Below the pieces are notes generated by a model. The model worked only from the letters and a program-made list of their open reading frames with translations. It was not told the origin of the DNA and searched no databases. Positions 17,239 through 28,221 of a stretch of 42,330 nucleotides of DNA are shown here, piece after piece. The translations under genes were made by a program, and so were the position numbers. Source of the stretch: Gemmiger sp. (lineage in GTDB: Bacteria; Bacillota; Clostridia; Oscillospirales; Ruminococcaceae). Within the stretch, counting starts at the first letter, position 1, and each line of letters starts with the position of its first letter. The stretch spans positions 1-42,330 of the forward strand of contig JBJEYG010000393.1 in the NCBI GenBank assembly GCA_051886555.1, read 5' to 3'.

Positions 17239-17687
17239 ACGATCTCCCCCGTTCCACTGCATTGCACGCAGGCGCTGCCGCCCGCGAATTTCACCGTCTG
17301 TTCCACCGCCTGACGCAGGCATTCGGTCACCGGCACGCCCTGGGTGCCCGCCACGATATTGTCGCACCGGTTCACCGGGATCAGCACCTTTTTGCCGGGC
17401 GCCGCGCCCACGGCAGATGCCATGGCAGGTGTGATCTCGCCCAGCAGCGCATCGGCAATGACGATGCCCAGCGGGCCGAGGATAACGTCGGCACGGCGGG
17501 CATTGACCAGCACGGCGTTCTCCCCGGTGGCAGCCTGTTTCGCGCCGCCCTTGCGCATGGCGGCAGTCGCGGCGGCATTGGTGCCCACCGCCACCAGCTC
17601 GGCCCCGGGCAGCGCGGCGCTGAGCCGTTCCACCAGCTGCTGGCCGATGCGCCCGCCCTGGCCGTCAATGACTAAAATACGGAACAT
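17235..17687 (-). CDS. DUF3842 family protein
   Basis: VIDGQGGRIG, AVGTNAAAT, ATGENA and LLGEITP motifs; an extended -10 TGGTATAAT lies upstream near 17720-17728. Confidence 0.82.
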   Translation of the reverse strand: MFRILVIDGQGGRIGQQLVERLSAALPGAELVAVGTNAAATAAMRKGGAKQAATGENAVLVNARRADVILGPLGIVIADALLGEITPAMASAVGAAPGKKVLIPVNRCDNIVAGTQGVPVTECLRQAVEQTVKFAGGSACVQCSGTGEIV

Positions 17688-17752
17688 TGTCCCGCCCCTT
17701 CCGTTGTGTACTCGATTCGATTATACCAAAGCCGCCGCCGGAAAAAAAGAGC

Positions 17753-18409
17753 TTACCCGCCCAAAATCACCTGTTTCAGCGCGCCGGCGTCGGCGGCCAG
17801 ATACTCCGCCCCCGCTGCGCGCAGCTCCTCGCGGGTGCGGAACCCCCACAGCACGCCGCAGCAGCGCAGCCCGGCGTTTTTGGCGGTTTGTACGTCCACA
17901 TTGCTGTCGCCCACATACAGCGTAACGGCAGGGTCGGCCCCCAGCGCCGCCATCAGCGCCAGCGTGCCCTCCGGCGCGGGCTTGTGGGGCACGCCGGGCA
18001 GCGCGCCCCGCACGGCGTCGAACAGAGCCGGATCATAGTAGTGGGCCATCATGCTGCGGGCCAGTTCGTCGTTCTTGTTGGAGTACACCGCCAGCCGTAC
18101 CCCGGCCGCCTTCAGTTCGGCCAAAAGCTCCGGCATGCCCGGATAGGGCGCGGTCAGGTCTTCCATGTGGTCGTGGTAGGTGGCTTTGAATTCCTCCAGC
18201 GCTGTTTGCAGCGTGGCCGCGTCGCGGCATTCGGGCGGCGTGAACCGCTCCACCAGCTTGGGAATGCCGTTGCCCACCATGTATTTGAATTCTTCGGTGG
18301 TATGCCGCGGCCACCCGTGCGCGGCGCAGACGCGGTTGCCCGCCCCCGCCAGATCGTCGATGGTGTTCAGCAGCGTACCGTCCAGATCGAACAAAACCGT
18401 TTGAAACAT
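17753..18409 (-). CDS. HAD-IA hydrolase (phosphoglycolate phosphatase-like)
   Basis: FDLDGT, SNK, KP and YVGDS..D motifs. Confidence 0.92.
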   Translation of the reverse strand: MFQTVLFDLDGTLLNTIDDLAGAGNRVCAAHGWPRHTTEEFKYMVGNGIPKLVERFTPPECRDAATLQTALEEFKATYHDHMEDLTAPYPGMPELLAELKAAGVRLAVYSNKNDELARSMMAHYYDPALFDAVRGALPGVPHKPAPEGTLALMAALGADPAVTLYVGDSNVDVQTAKNAGLRCCGVLWGFRTREELRAAGAEYLAADAGALKQVILGG

Positions 18410-18436
18410 CCCGTTCCCCTCTCTTTCCCGCCCCTT

Positions 18437-18465
18437 ATTATAACCCCATCCCGGCGAAAGGGCAA
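18437..18465 (-). promoter_or_regulatory. Sigma-A promoter of the HAD gene
   Basis: TTGCCC-N17-TATAAT. Confidence 0.65.
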
Positions 18466-18520
18466 CCGTCCCGCCCGCCGGCCGCAGCCATATTCTTTGG
18501 CCGGCGCGCGTAACATGGCA

Positions 18521-18549
18521 TTGTCTCAGGCCGGGTTTTGTGGTACTAT
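18521..18549 (+). promoter_or_regulatory. Sigma-A promoter of uppP
   Basis: TTGTCT-N17-TACTAT with an extended -10 TG. Confidence 0.65.
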
Positions 18550-18572
18550 TAGTCCGATAGGGGGCAAACGCT

Positions 18573-19436
18573 ATGCTTGACATTTTACGTTCCATCGTTT
18601 ACGGCATCATCGAGGGCATCACGGAATGGCTGCCCATCTCCAGCACGGGGCACATGATCCTGGCGGAGCAGGTGCTGCAATTCAGTTTTGACCACGATTT
18701 TATGGAGATGTTCCGCGTGGTCATCCAGCTCGGCGCGGTGATGGCCGTGGTGGTGCTGTATTTCCATAAACTCTGGCCCTTCTGCCGGGACAACGGCGAG
18801 ACGCTGGGCTTCGGGCGGCACATCCGCTGGCCGGTCATGCGCCTGTGGTTCAAGATCATCTTCGCCTGTCTGCCGGCCGTCGCGGTGATCCCGCTCAACG
18901 ACTGGTTTGACGAGCATTTCTACAACAGCGTCACCGTGGCATTGATGCTGATATTATACGGTGTTGCGTTTATTCTGATCGAGCGCCGCCCCCGCGTGGC
19001 CACCACCACCCGGCTTTCCCGCCTGACTTACAAACAGGCCTTCATCATCGGTCTTTGGCAGGTGCTGGCGGTAGTGCCGGGCACCTCCCGCAGCGGCGCC
19101 ACCATTGTGGGCGGCCTGCTGCTGGGCATCTCGCGGCCGTGCGTATCCCAGTTCACCTTTTTCCTTGCCATTCCGGTGATGGCGGGCGCCAGCGGGCTGA
19201 AGCTGATCAAGTTCTTCGCCAACGGCAACACCTTTACCGGCATGGAGATCGCGGTGCTGCTGGTCGGCTGTCTGGTGGCGTTCCTTGTGTCCATTGTGGC
19301 CATCCGCTTCCTGATGAACTACGTCAAGACGCACAGCTTTACGGTGTTCGGCTGGTACCGCATCGCGCTGGGCGTGGTGGTGCTGGGCATCTTCCTGGTC
19401 CAGAAGTTCGTTCTGGACGTTCCCAACCCTATCTGA
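18573..19436 (+). CDS. uppP: Undecaprenyl-diphosphate phosphatase (BacA)
   Basis: GIIEGITEWLPISSTGH, IQLG and PGTSRSG motifs. Confidence 0.96.
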   Translation: MLDILRSIVYGIIEGITEWLPISSTGHMILAEQVLQFSFDHDFMEMFRVVIQLGAVMAVVVLYFHKLWPFCRDNGETLGFGRHIRWPVMRLWFKIIFACLPAVAVIPLNDWFDEHFYNSVTVALMLILYGVAFILIERRPRVATTTRLSRLTYKQAFIIGLWQVLAVVPGTSRSGATIVGGLLLGISRPCVSQFTFFLAIPVMAGASGLKLIKFFANGNTFTGMEIAVLLVGCLVAFLVSIVAIRFLMNYVKTHSFTVFGWYRIALGVVVLGIFLVQKFVLDVPNPI

Positions 19437-19447
19437 GAGGACTTTCC

Positions 19448-19475
19448 GCGGCCGGGCAGCTGCCCGGCCGCTTTT
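19448..19475 (+). terminator. Terminator-like palindrome after uppP
   Basis: Perfect 24-bp palindrome gcggccgggcagctgcccggccgc followed by tttt. Confidence 0.7.
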
Positions 19476-19495
19476 GTCTGTGAGGAGTGATTTTG

Positions 19496-20464
19496 ATGAA
19501 AAAACTGCTTTGCCTTTTGCTGGCGGCCCTTTCGCTGGCGGCCTGCGCCGGTTCCGCCGCGCCGCAGGGCGGAGCCGCGTCCCCCGCCGCGAAGGAGGAA
19601 ACCGCCGTCGTCTGCTTTACCGATGCGCTGGGCCGCGAAGTTTCCATCGGCGGCACGCAGCGCACGGCAGCGCTGATCGGCAGCTTTGCGGAAGTCTGGT
19701 GCCTCGCCGGCGGGCGGGACACGCTGGTGGCCGCCGCCGGGGATGCCTGGACCCAGTTTTCGCTGAACCTGCCGGAGGGCACCGCCGACCTGGGCGCCGT
19801 GAAGGACCCCAGCGCGGAAACGCTGCTGGCCGCCGCGCCGGATTTCGTGATCGCCAGCGCCAACACCTCCGCCGATGTGGACCTGCTGCCCACGCTGGAG
19901 GCGGCGGGCATTCCGGTGGCGTATTTTCAGATGAGCACGTTTGAGGACTATCTGGCCATGCTGAAACTCTGCACCGAACTGACCGGCCGCCCCGACCTGT
20001 ACGAGGCCAACGGTACCGCCGTGCAGGCGCAGGTAGACGCCGCCCGCGCAAAAGCCGCCGCCCACACCGGCGAGGCGGAGCGCGTGCTGTATGTACGGGC
20101 CTCGGCCAGCGGATGCAAGGTGAAAAACAGCCGGGACAGCGTATTGGGCGAAATGCTGGCCGACCTGGGCTGCGTCAACGTGGCCGACAGTGATGAATCG
20201 CTGCTGGAAAACCTGTCGATGGAAGCGGTGCTGGCCGCAGACCCGGACAGGATCTTCTTTGTGCTGCAGGGAAGCGACGAGCAGAAATGCCGCGATTCGC
20301 TGGCGCAAGCGCTTCTGTCCAACCCGGCCTGGCAGCAGCTGACCGCCGTGCAAAACGGCGCGTGCTATTATATGGACCAGAAACTGTACAACCTGAAGCC
20401 CAACGCCCGCTGGGGCGAGGCATACGAATTGCTGGCGGAGATTTTGTATGGCGAAGAAAACTGA
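19496..20464 (+). CDS. ABC substrate-binding lipoprotein, Fe-siderophore/cobalamin (BtuF/FepB class)
   Basis: MKK signal with LAAC lipobox; FTDALGREV, PSAE.L...PD and LSMEAVLAADPD motifs. Confidence 0.88.
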   Translation: MKKLLCLLLAALSLAACAGSAAPQGGAASPAAKEETAVVCFTDALGREVSIGGTQRTAALIGSFAEVWCLAGGRDTLVAAAGDAWTQFSLNLPEGTADLGAVKDPSAETLLAAAPDFVIASANTSADVDLLPTLEAAGIPVAYFQMSTFEDYLAMLKLCTELTGRPDLYEANGTAVQAQVDAARAKAAAHTGEAERVLYVRASASGCKVKNSRDSVLGEMLADLGCVNVADSDESLLENLSMEAVLAADPDRIFFVLQGSDEQKCRDSLAQALLSNPAWQQLTAVQNGACYYMDQKLYNLKPNARWGEAYELLAEILYGEEN

Positions 20465-21449
20465 CGGCCGGCTGCCCCGCCTGGCCCTGCTGGCGGGGGC
20501 GGCGGTACTGGCAACGGCACTGAGCCTTTGTCTGGGGGCGGTAGCGGTACCGTTCTCCGATCTGCTGGCGGTGCTGACCGGGCAGCGGGGCACCACGGCG
20601 GCGCAGATCCTGCTGTATGTGCGTCTGCCGCGCACCTGCGGCTGCCTGCTGGCGGGGGCGGCACTGGCGGTTTCGGGCGCGATCATCCAGACGGTGCTGG
20701 GCAACCCGCTGGCCGCCCCCAACATCATCGGCGTCAACTCCGGCGCCGGGCTTGGGGTCGCCCTGTGCTGCGCCCTTCTGCCCGTCCCCTTTGCGGCGGT
20801 GCCCTTTGCGGCGTTTGCGGGGGCATTCCTCGGCGTCATGCTGGTGCTGGGCCTGGCCGAGCGGTGCGGCGCCTCCCGCATGACGGTGGTGCTGGCCGGC
20901 GTAGCCATCTCAGGCATGTTCAGCGCCGCCATTGACGCGGTGGTCACGCTGTTTCCCGATTCGCTGTCCGCCTACTCGGATTTCCGCATCGGCGGGCTGT
21001 CCAATCTTTCGATGGACAAGCTTCGTCCCGGCGCCTGTGTGATCCTGCTGTGCCTGCCGGCGGTGCTGCTTCTGACCCACGAACTGGATCTGCTGGCCCT
21101 CGGGCCGGAGACCGCCCAAAGCCTGGGCCTGCCGGTGCGCCGTGCGCGGGTGGGGCTGCTGGCGCTGGCCGCGGCGCTGGCCGGCGCCGCTGTGAGCTTC
21201 GCCGGGCTGCTGGGTTTTGTGGGGCTGATCGTTCCGCACATTGTCCGCCGGCTGGTGGGCGGCGGCAGCGCGGCGCTGCTGCCGGGGTGCATCTTCGGCG
21301 GCGCGGCGCTGGTCGCGCTGTGCGATGTGGCCGCACGCACGCTGTTCGCCCCCTACGAGCTGCCGGTGGGCGTGGTGCTTTCGCTGGCAGGGGGGCCGTT
21401 TTTCCTGTGGCTGCTGTTTCGGCGCAGAGGAGGTCGTTCCCGTGATTGA
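20448..21449 (+). CDS. FecCD/BtuC family ABC permease
   Basis: RLPR, NPLAAP.IIGV.SGA, GFVGLIVPH and ELPVG motifs. Confidence 0.93.
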   Translation: MAKKTDGRLPRLALLAGAAVLATALSLCLGAVAVPFSDLLAVLTGQRGTTAAQILLYVRLPRTCGCLLAGAALAVSGAIIQTVLGNPLAAPNIIGVNSGAGLGVALCCALLPVPFAAVPFAAFAGAFLGVMLVLGLAERCGASRMTVVLAGVAISGMFSAAIDAVVTLFPDSLSAYSDFRIGGLSNLSMDKLRPGACVILLCLPAVLLLTHELDLLALGPETAQSLGLPVRRARVGLLALAAALAGAAVSFAGLLGFVGLIVPHIVRRLVGGGSAALLPGCIFGGAALVALCDVAARTLFAPYELPVGVVLSLAGGPFFLWLLFRRRGGRSRD

Positions 21450-22197
21450 ACTGCAAACGCTGTGCGCCGGCTACCGTGGGCAGCCGGTGCTGCAAGCCAT
21501 CGATCTGGCGTTCCCCGCCGGGGCGGTGACGGTGCTGCTGGGCCCCAACGGCTGCGGCAAAACCACGCTGCTGAAAACCGCGTTGGGGCTGATCCCTGCG
21601 CTGGGCGGGCAGGTTCTGTACGACGGCGCACCGCTGCAAAGCCTTACCCCGGCACAGACGGCACGGCTGGCGGCCTACCTGCCCCAGAACCGCCCGGTTC
21701 CCAACATTCAGGCGCGCCGCATGGTGCTGCACGGGCGGTTCCCCTATCTGGCGTTTCCGCGCCATTACCGCAAGACGGACTATGAGATCGTGGACAGCGC
21801 GTTGGACGAAGCGGACGCCCGGGCGCTGGCCGACCGCCCCATGCCGGAGCTGAGCGGCGGTCAGCGGCAGAAAATTTACCTGGCAATGGCGCTGGCCCAA
21901 CAGGCCGGGACGGTGTTCATGGACGAGCCGACCACCTGGCTGGACGCCCGCCATCAGCTGGAAGTGATGCACACCGCCCGCGCGCTGGCGGAACGGGGCC
22001 GTGCGGTCTGCCTGGTGAGCCATGATCTGTGCCTGGCGCTGCGCGCCGCCGACCGGGTGGCACTGCTGGCGGACGGCGAGCTGAAATTCTGCGGCACGCC
22101 GGAGCGGCTGTACGAAAGCGGTCTGCTGGACGAGGCGTTCGGTGTGGCGATGCACCGGGTGCAGGGCGGCGACGGCTGGCGGTACTATTTTGACTGA
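21442..22197 (+). CDS. ABC ATP-binding protein (FepC/BtuD class)
   Basis: GPNGCGKT, LSGGQRQ, MDEPT and SHD motifs; GTG start after GGAGG. Confidence 0.93.
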   Translation: MIELQTLCAGYRGQPVLQAIDLAFPAGAVTVLLGPNGCGKTTLLKTALGLIPALGGQVLYDGAPLQSLTPAQTARLAAYLPQNRPVPNIQARRMVLHGRFPYLAFPRHYRKTDYEIVDSALDEADARALADRPMPELSGGQRQKIYLAMALAQQAGTVFMDEPTTWLDARHQLEVMHTARALAERGRAVCLVSHDLCLALRAADRVALLADGELKFCGTPERLYESGLLDEAFGVAMHRVQGGDGWRYYFD

Positions 22198-22217
22198 AGA
22201 GGAAACGGGGGCGCATC

Positions 22218-23585
22218 ATGGCTTATTTTCCACTGTTTGTTGAATTGGACGGCGCCGACTGCCTGGTGGTAGGCGGCGGCGCGGTGGCGCTGCGCAAAGT
22301 GCAAAAGCTGTTGCCCTATGGCCCGCGCATCACGGTCGTCGCGCCGGAGTTTCTGCCGGAATTCGGCGCCCTGCCCGCCGGCCGCGTGGCGCGGGTGCGG
22401 CGCGATTTCTGCCCCGGTGACGAAGCCGGGCGCACGCTGGTCATCGCCGCCAGCGGCGACCGGGCGCTCAACCGGCAGGTATCCGAGCTGTGCCGGGCTG
22501 CGAACCTGCCGGTCAACGCGGTGGACGATCCGGACGCCTGCACCTTTCTGTTTCCGGCGCTGGTACGCCGCGGGCCGCTGTCCATCGGCATTTCCACCGG
22601 CGGGGCCAGCCCCACGGCAGCGGTGTATGTCAAACAGACGGTGGAGGCCGCGCTGCCGCCGGAGGAATCCTTTGCCGCCATTTTAAGCTATCTGGCCGCG
22701 CAGCGCGCACCCGTCAGGGCCGCCGTGGCGGACGAGTCCCGCCGCGCCGATGTGTTCGCGGCGCTGTTCCGGGCCTGCATGGCCTGCGCCCGCCCGCTGA
22801 CGGAGGCGGAGACCCGCGCGCTGGTCCGGTGTCCCCTGCCCGCCGGGCGGGTGGATCTGGTGGGCGCGGGCTGCGGCGCGGCCGACCTGATCACGCTGCG
22901 GGGCGTGCGGCTGCTGCGCGCCTGCGACGCTGTGGTATACGACGATCTGGTGGCCCCCGCCCTGCTGGAGGAGGCGCCCCACGCCGAGCGCTGGCCGGTG
23001 GGCAAACGGGGCGGCGGCCATTCCACCCCGCAGCAGGACATCAACGGACTGCTCATCCGTCTTGCCCGCGCCGGCAAAACGGTGGTGCGCCTGAAAGGCG
23101 GCGACCCCTTTGTGTTCGGCCGCGGCGGCGAGGAAGCGCAGGCCCTTGCGGCGGCGGGCATTCCGTTCGGCGTGGTGCCGGGCGTCACGTCGGCTGTCGC
23201 CGTACCGGAGCAGGCGGGCATCCCCGTCACCCACCGGGGCGTCAGCCGCAGCTTTCACGTCATTGCCGGGCACACCGCCGCGGGCGAGCCCGCCGAACCG
23301 TACGAAGCGCTGGCCGCGCTGCACGGTACGCTGGTGTTTCTGATGGGTCTTTCCCGGCTGGAGGGCATTGCCGCCGGGCTGATGGCCGCCGGCAAACCGC
23401 GCGGCACCCCTTCCGCCGTGGTTTGCGGCAGCGGTACGACCGTCCGCGCGCCGCTGTGCGAACTGGCCGCCCGGGCGCGCACGGCCGGGGCGCAGGCGCC
23501 CGCCGTGATCCTGGTGGGCGAAGCGGCCGCACTGGATCTGCGGTGCGACCCATCTTGCGGACCCTTCCAAAATGGTCTACAATGA
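22218..23585 (+). CDS. cysG: Siroheme synthase (precorrin-2 dehydrogenase/chelatase fused to uroporphyrinogen-III C-methyltransferase)
   Basis: N-terminal part has YFPLF, VGGGAVALRK, NAVDDP and ISTGGASP. C-terminal part has LVGAG, RLKGGDPFVFGRGGEE, PGVTS and GIPVTHRG. Confidence 0.88.
   Translation: MAYFPLFVELDGADCLVVGGGAVALRKVQKLLPYGPRITVVAPEFLPEFGALPAGRVARVRRDFCPGDEAGRTLVIAASGDRALNRQVSELCRAANLPVNAVDDPDACTFLFPALVRRGPLSIGISTGGASPTAAVYVKQTVEAALPPEESFAAILSYLAAQRAPVRAAVADESRRADVFAALFRACMACARPLTEAETRALVRCPLPAGRVDLVGAGCGAADLITLRGVRLLRACDAVVYDDLVAPALLEEAPHAERWPVGKRGGGHSTPQQDINGLLIRLARAGKTVVRLKGGDPFVFGRGGEEAQALAAAGIPFGVVPGVTSAVAVPEQAGIPVTHRGVSRSFHVIAGHTAAGEPAEPYEALAALHGTLVFLMGLSRLEGIAAGLMAAGKPRGTPSAVVCGSGTTVRAPLCELAARARTAGAQAPAVILVGEAAALDLRCDPSCGPFQNGLQ
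23555..23583 (+). promoter_or_regulatory. Sigma-A-like promoter inside the 3' end of cysG
   Basis: TTGCGG-N17-TACAAT, ending 34 nt before ATG 23617. Confidence 0.55.
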
Positions 23586-23616
23586 CATCATCATGCAAAG
23601 AAAGAGGATGGGAATC

Positions 23617-24630
23617 ATGACGTATCAGCAAGTACTGGAATCCGCAAAAGGGCAGATGGGCCCCTGCCGGGTATGCCCCGTGTGCGACGGACGCGGCTGC
23701 CGCAACACCATTCCCGGCCCCGGCGCCAAGGGCGTGGGCGATGTGGCCATCCGCAACTATGACGCATGGCGCGCCGTGCGGGTGAATATGGATACCATCT
23801 GTGCAGGCGGTCGGCCGGACACCACGCTTTCTCTGTTCGGGCGCACCTTCCGGCTTCCGGTATTCGCGGGGCCGGTGGGCGCGGTGCAGCTGCACTACGG
23901 CAAAAAGTACGACGATCTGGCCTACAATGACATTCTGGTGCCCGCCTGCCGGGAAAGCGGCATCGCCGCCTTTACGGGCGACGGCACCAACCCCGCCGTG
24001 ATGGTGGCCGCCTGCCAGGCGGTAAAGAACGCCGGCGGCTACGGCATTCCCACCGTAAAGCCCTGGGACGCCGCCACCGTTTCCGAAAAGATGGCGTTGG
24101 TGCGTGGTTCCGGCGCGTTTGCCGCCGCCATGGACATTGACGCGGCAGGTCTGCCCTTTCTGAAAAATCTCAATCCGCCCGCCGGCAGCAAAACCACGGA
24201 GGAACTGGCCGCCATCATCGCAGACGCCGGCGTGCCCTTCCTCGTCAAGGGTGTCATGACAGTCCGCGGGGCCGAGAAAGCGGTGCAGGCAGGCGCGTGC
24301 GCCATTGTGGTGTCCAACCACGGCGGCCGCGTGCTGGATCAGACCCCCGCCACCGCCGAAGTACTGCCCGAGATCGCCGCTGCGGTGGGCGGGCGCGCGG
24401 CCGTTCTGGTGGACGGCGGCATCCGCACCGGCGTGGACGTGTTCAAGGCGCTGGCATTGGGCGCCGACGCGGCGCTCATCGCCCGTCCCTTTGTCACCGC
24501 CGTGTACGGCGGCGGCCGGGAGGGCGTACAGGCCTATGTGGATCAGCTTACCGGCGAGCTGGAGGATACCATGGCCATGTGCGGCGCCAAAGACCTTGCC
24601 TCCATCACCCGCGACATGGTGCGTCTCTGA
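23617..24630 (+). CDS. FMN-dependent alpha-hydroxy-acid dehydrogenase family protein
   Basis: VKGV, VSNHGGR, DGGIRTG.D and ALALGA motifs; N-terminal Cys cluster; AGAGGA RBS. Confidence 0.9.
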   Translation: MTYQQVLESAKGQMGPCRVCPVCDGRGCRNTIPGPGAKGVGDVAIRNYDAWRAVRVNMDTICAGGRPDTTLSLFGRTFRLPVFAGPVGAVQLHYGKKYDDLAYNDILVPACRESGIAAFTGDGTNPAVMVAACQAVKNAGGYGIPTVKPWDAATVSEKMALVRGSGAFAAAMDIDAAGLPFLKNLNPPAGSKTTEELAAIIADAGVPFLVKGVMTVRGAEKAVQAGACAIVVSNHGGRVLDQTPATAEVLPEIAAAVGGRAAVLVDGGIRTGVDVFKALALGADAALIARPFVTAVYGGGREGVQAYVDQLTGELEDTMAMCGAKDLASITRDMVRL

Positions 24631-24712
24631 GCGCCGCGGGGACGCTTGCGCAGTAACCTCCGCCGGCACGCGGCATAGAATGGTGCAGTGCCATGCAAAG
24701 GAGGTATTGCCA

Positions 24713-25132
24713 ATGAGCACGACACAGTTGAAAGACTATGGTCCCGACCCGCTGGTGGTCAACATCGACCGCATCACCAAAGAGAACCCCAATTACCGCA
24801 CCGCCCTGTGGACGGGCGACTACCTGCAGACCACGCTGATGAGCATTCCCGCCGGGGGTGAGATCGGCCTGGAGGTCCATCCCGAAACCGACCAGTTCTT
24901 CCGCATTGAGAGCGGTCTGGGTCTGGTGCAGATGGGGCCTTCCCAGAATGAACTGACCACCCGGCAGGAGGTGGACGGCCGTTACGCCGTCATCGTCCCC
25001 GCCGGCACGTGGCATAACATTACCAACATCGGACGGGAGCCGCTGAAGATTTACACCATCTATGCGCCCCCGCACCATCCCCACGGCACCGTGCAGGCGA
25101 CCAAGGCCATCGCGGACGCCCAGGGCACCTGA
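24713..25132 (+). CDS. Cupin-domain protein
   Basis: EIGLEVHPETDQF.RIE.G and VPAGTWHN motifs; AAGGAGG RBS. Confidence 0.9.
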   Translation: MSTTQLKDYGPDPLVVNIDRITKENPNYRTALWTGDYLQTTLMSIPAGGEIGLEVHPETDQFFRIESGLGLVQMGPSQNELTTRQEVDGRYAVIVPAGTWHNITNIGREPLKIYTIYAPPHHPHGTVQATKAIADAQGT

Positions 25133-25152
25133 CGGTTTCCGCCCCCGCTAAG

Positions 25153-25261
25153 CCCGCCTGCGCTTTTATGCGCAGGCCGCCGGGCGCCTGAATGTTCCGG
25201 CAGCTTATGTCCCCCGCCGGGTTCACTTTGCTGCCCCCCGCCTGTACTTTTATGCGCAGGC
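25153..25261 (+). repeat. Two copies of a 25-nt hairpin-forming repeat
   Basis: cccgcctgcgcttttatgcgcaggc (25153-25177) and cccgcctgtacttttatgcgcaggc (25237-25261) are 23/25 identical. Confidence 0.8.
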
Positions 25262-25274
25262 GGGGTTTTATTTT
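25236..25274 (+). terminator. Terminator between the cupin gene and the arg promoter region
   Basis: ccccgcctg...caggcgggg stem followed by ttttatttt. Confidence 0.75.
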
Positions 25275-25309
25275 GAAAAAATATGCATCAAAATGAATAT
25301 CAATTCATG
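25272..25309. promoter_or_regulatory. Tandem ARG boxes (ArgR/AhrC operator)
   Basis: ttTGAAAaaatATGCAtc and aaTGAATatcaATTCAtg, 2 bp apart. Confidence 0.8.
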
Positions 25310-25395
25310 TCCCTTCTCCGTGCGGCCCGCTCTTGTCCGCAAACCATACAAAACGTGCGGGGGTCTGTTGACAATCTTTTGGGGAGAATCCCATC

Positions 25396-25452
25396 TTGTT
25401 TTTTCTCTGGGGCGGCTTATAATGTTAAGCATGAAATGAATATTTATTCACT
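25396..25452 (+). promoter_or_regulatory. arg operon promoter with a downstream ARG box
   Basis: TTGTTT-N16-TATAAT (-10 at 25418-25423); aaTGAATatttATTCAct at 25435-25452. Confidence 0.75.
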
Positions 25453-25489
25453 CGTGGGAATTCAATCCGGTATAAGAGAGGAAACGATC

Positions 25490-26728
<1,239 letters not shown>

Positions 26729-26839
26729 GACACACCATTTGAACGTACGGCCGTCGGGGGCGATGCCCCCGGCGGCATTTGTGGTAAAACAACCGGCGCG
26801 TTTTTGTGCAAAACGCCGGGCAACAACAGGGAGGTCACT

Positions 26840-28219
<1,380 letters not shown>

Positions 28220-28221
28220 AC

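Noticed and set aside
19437-19495. Cobalamin riboswitch or Fur box upstream of the ABC importer
   Set aside because: The gap is too short and no B12-box or Fur consensus is visible.
25153-25261. Possible mini-CRISPR array
   Set aside because: Only two copies, a 59-nt gap and no cas genes; copy 2 is a typical terminator.
26729-26839. Riboswitch or T-box in the argG-argH spacer
   Set aside because: Two simple hairpins without a U-tract or T-box consensus; at most mRNA-stabilising elements.
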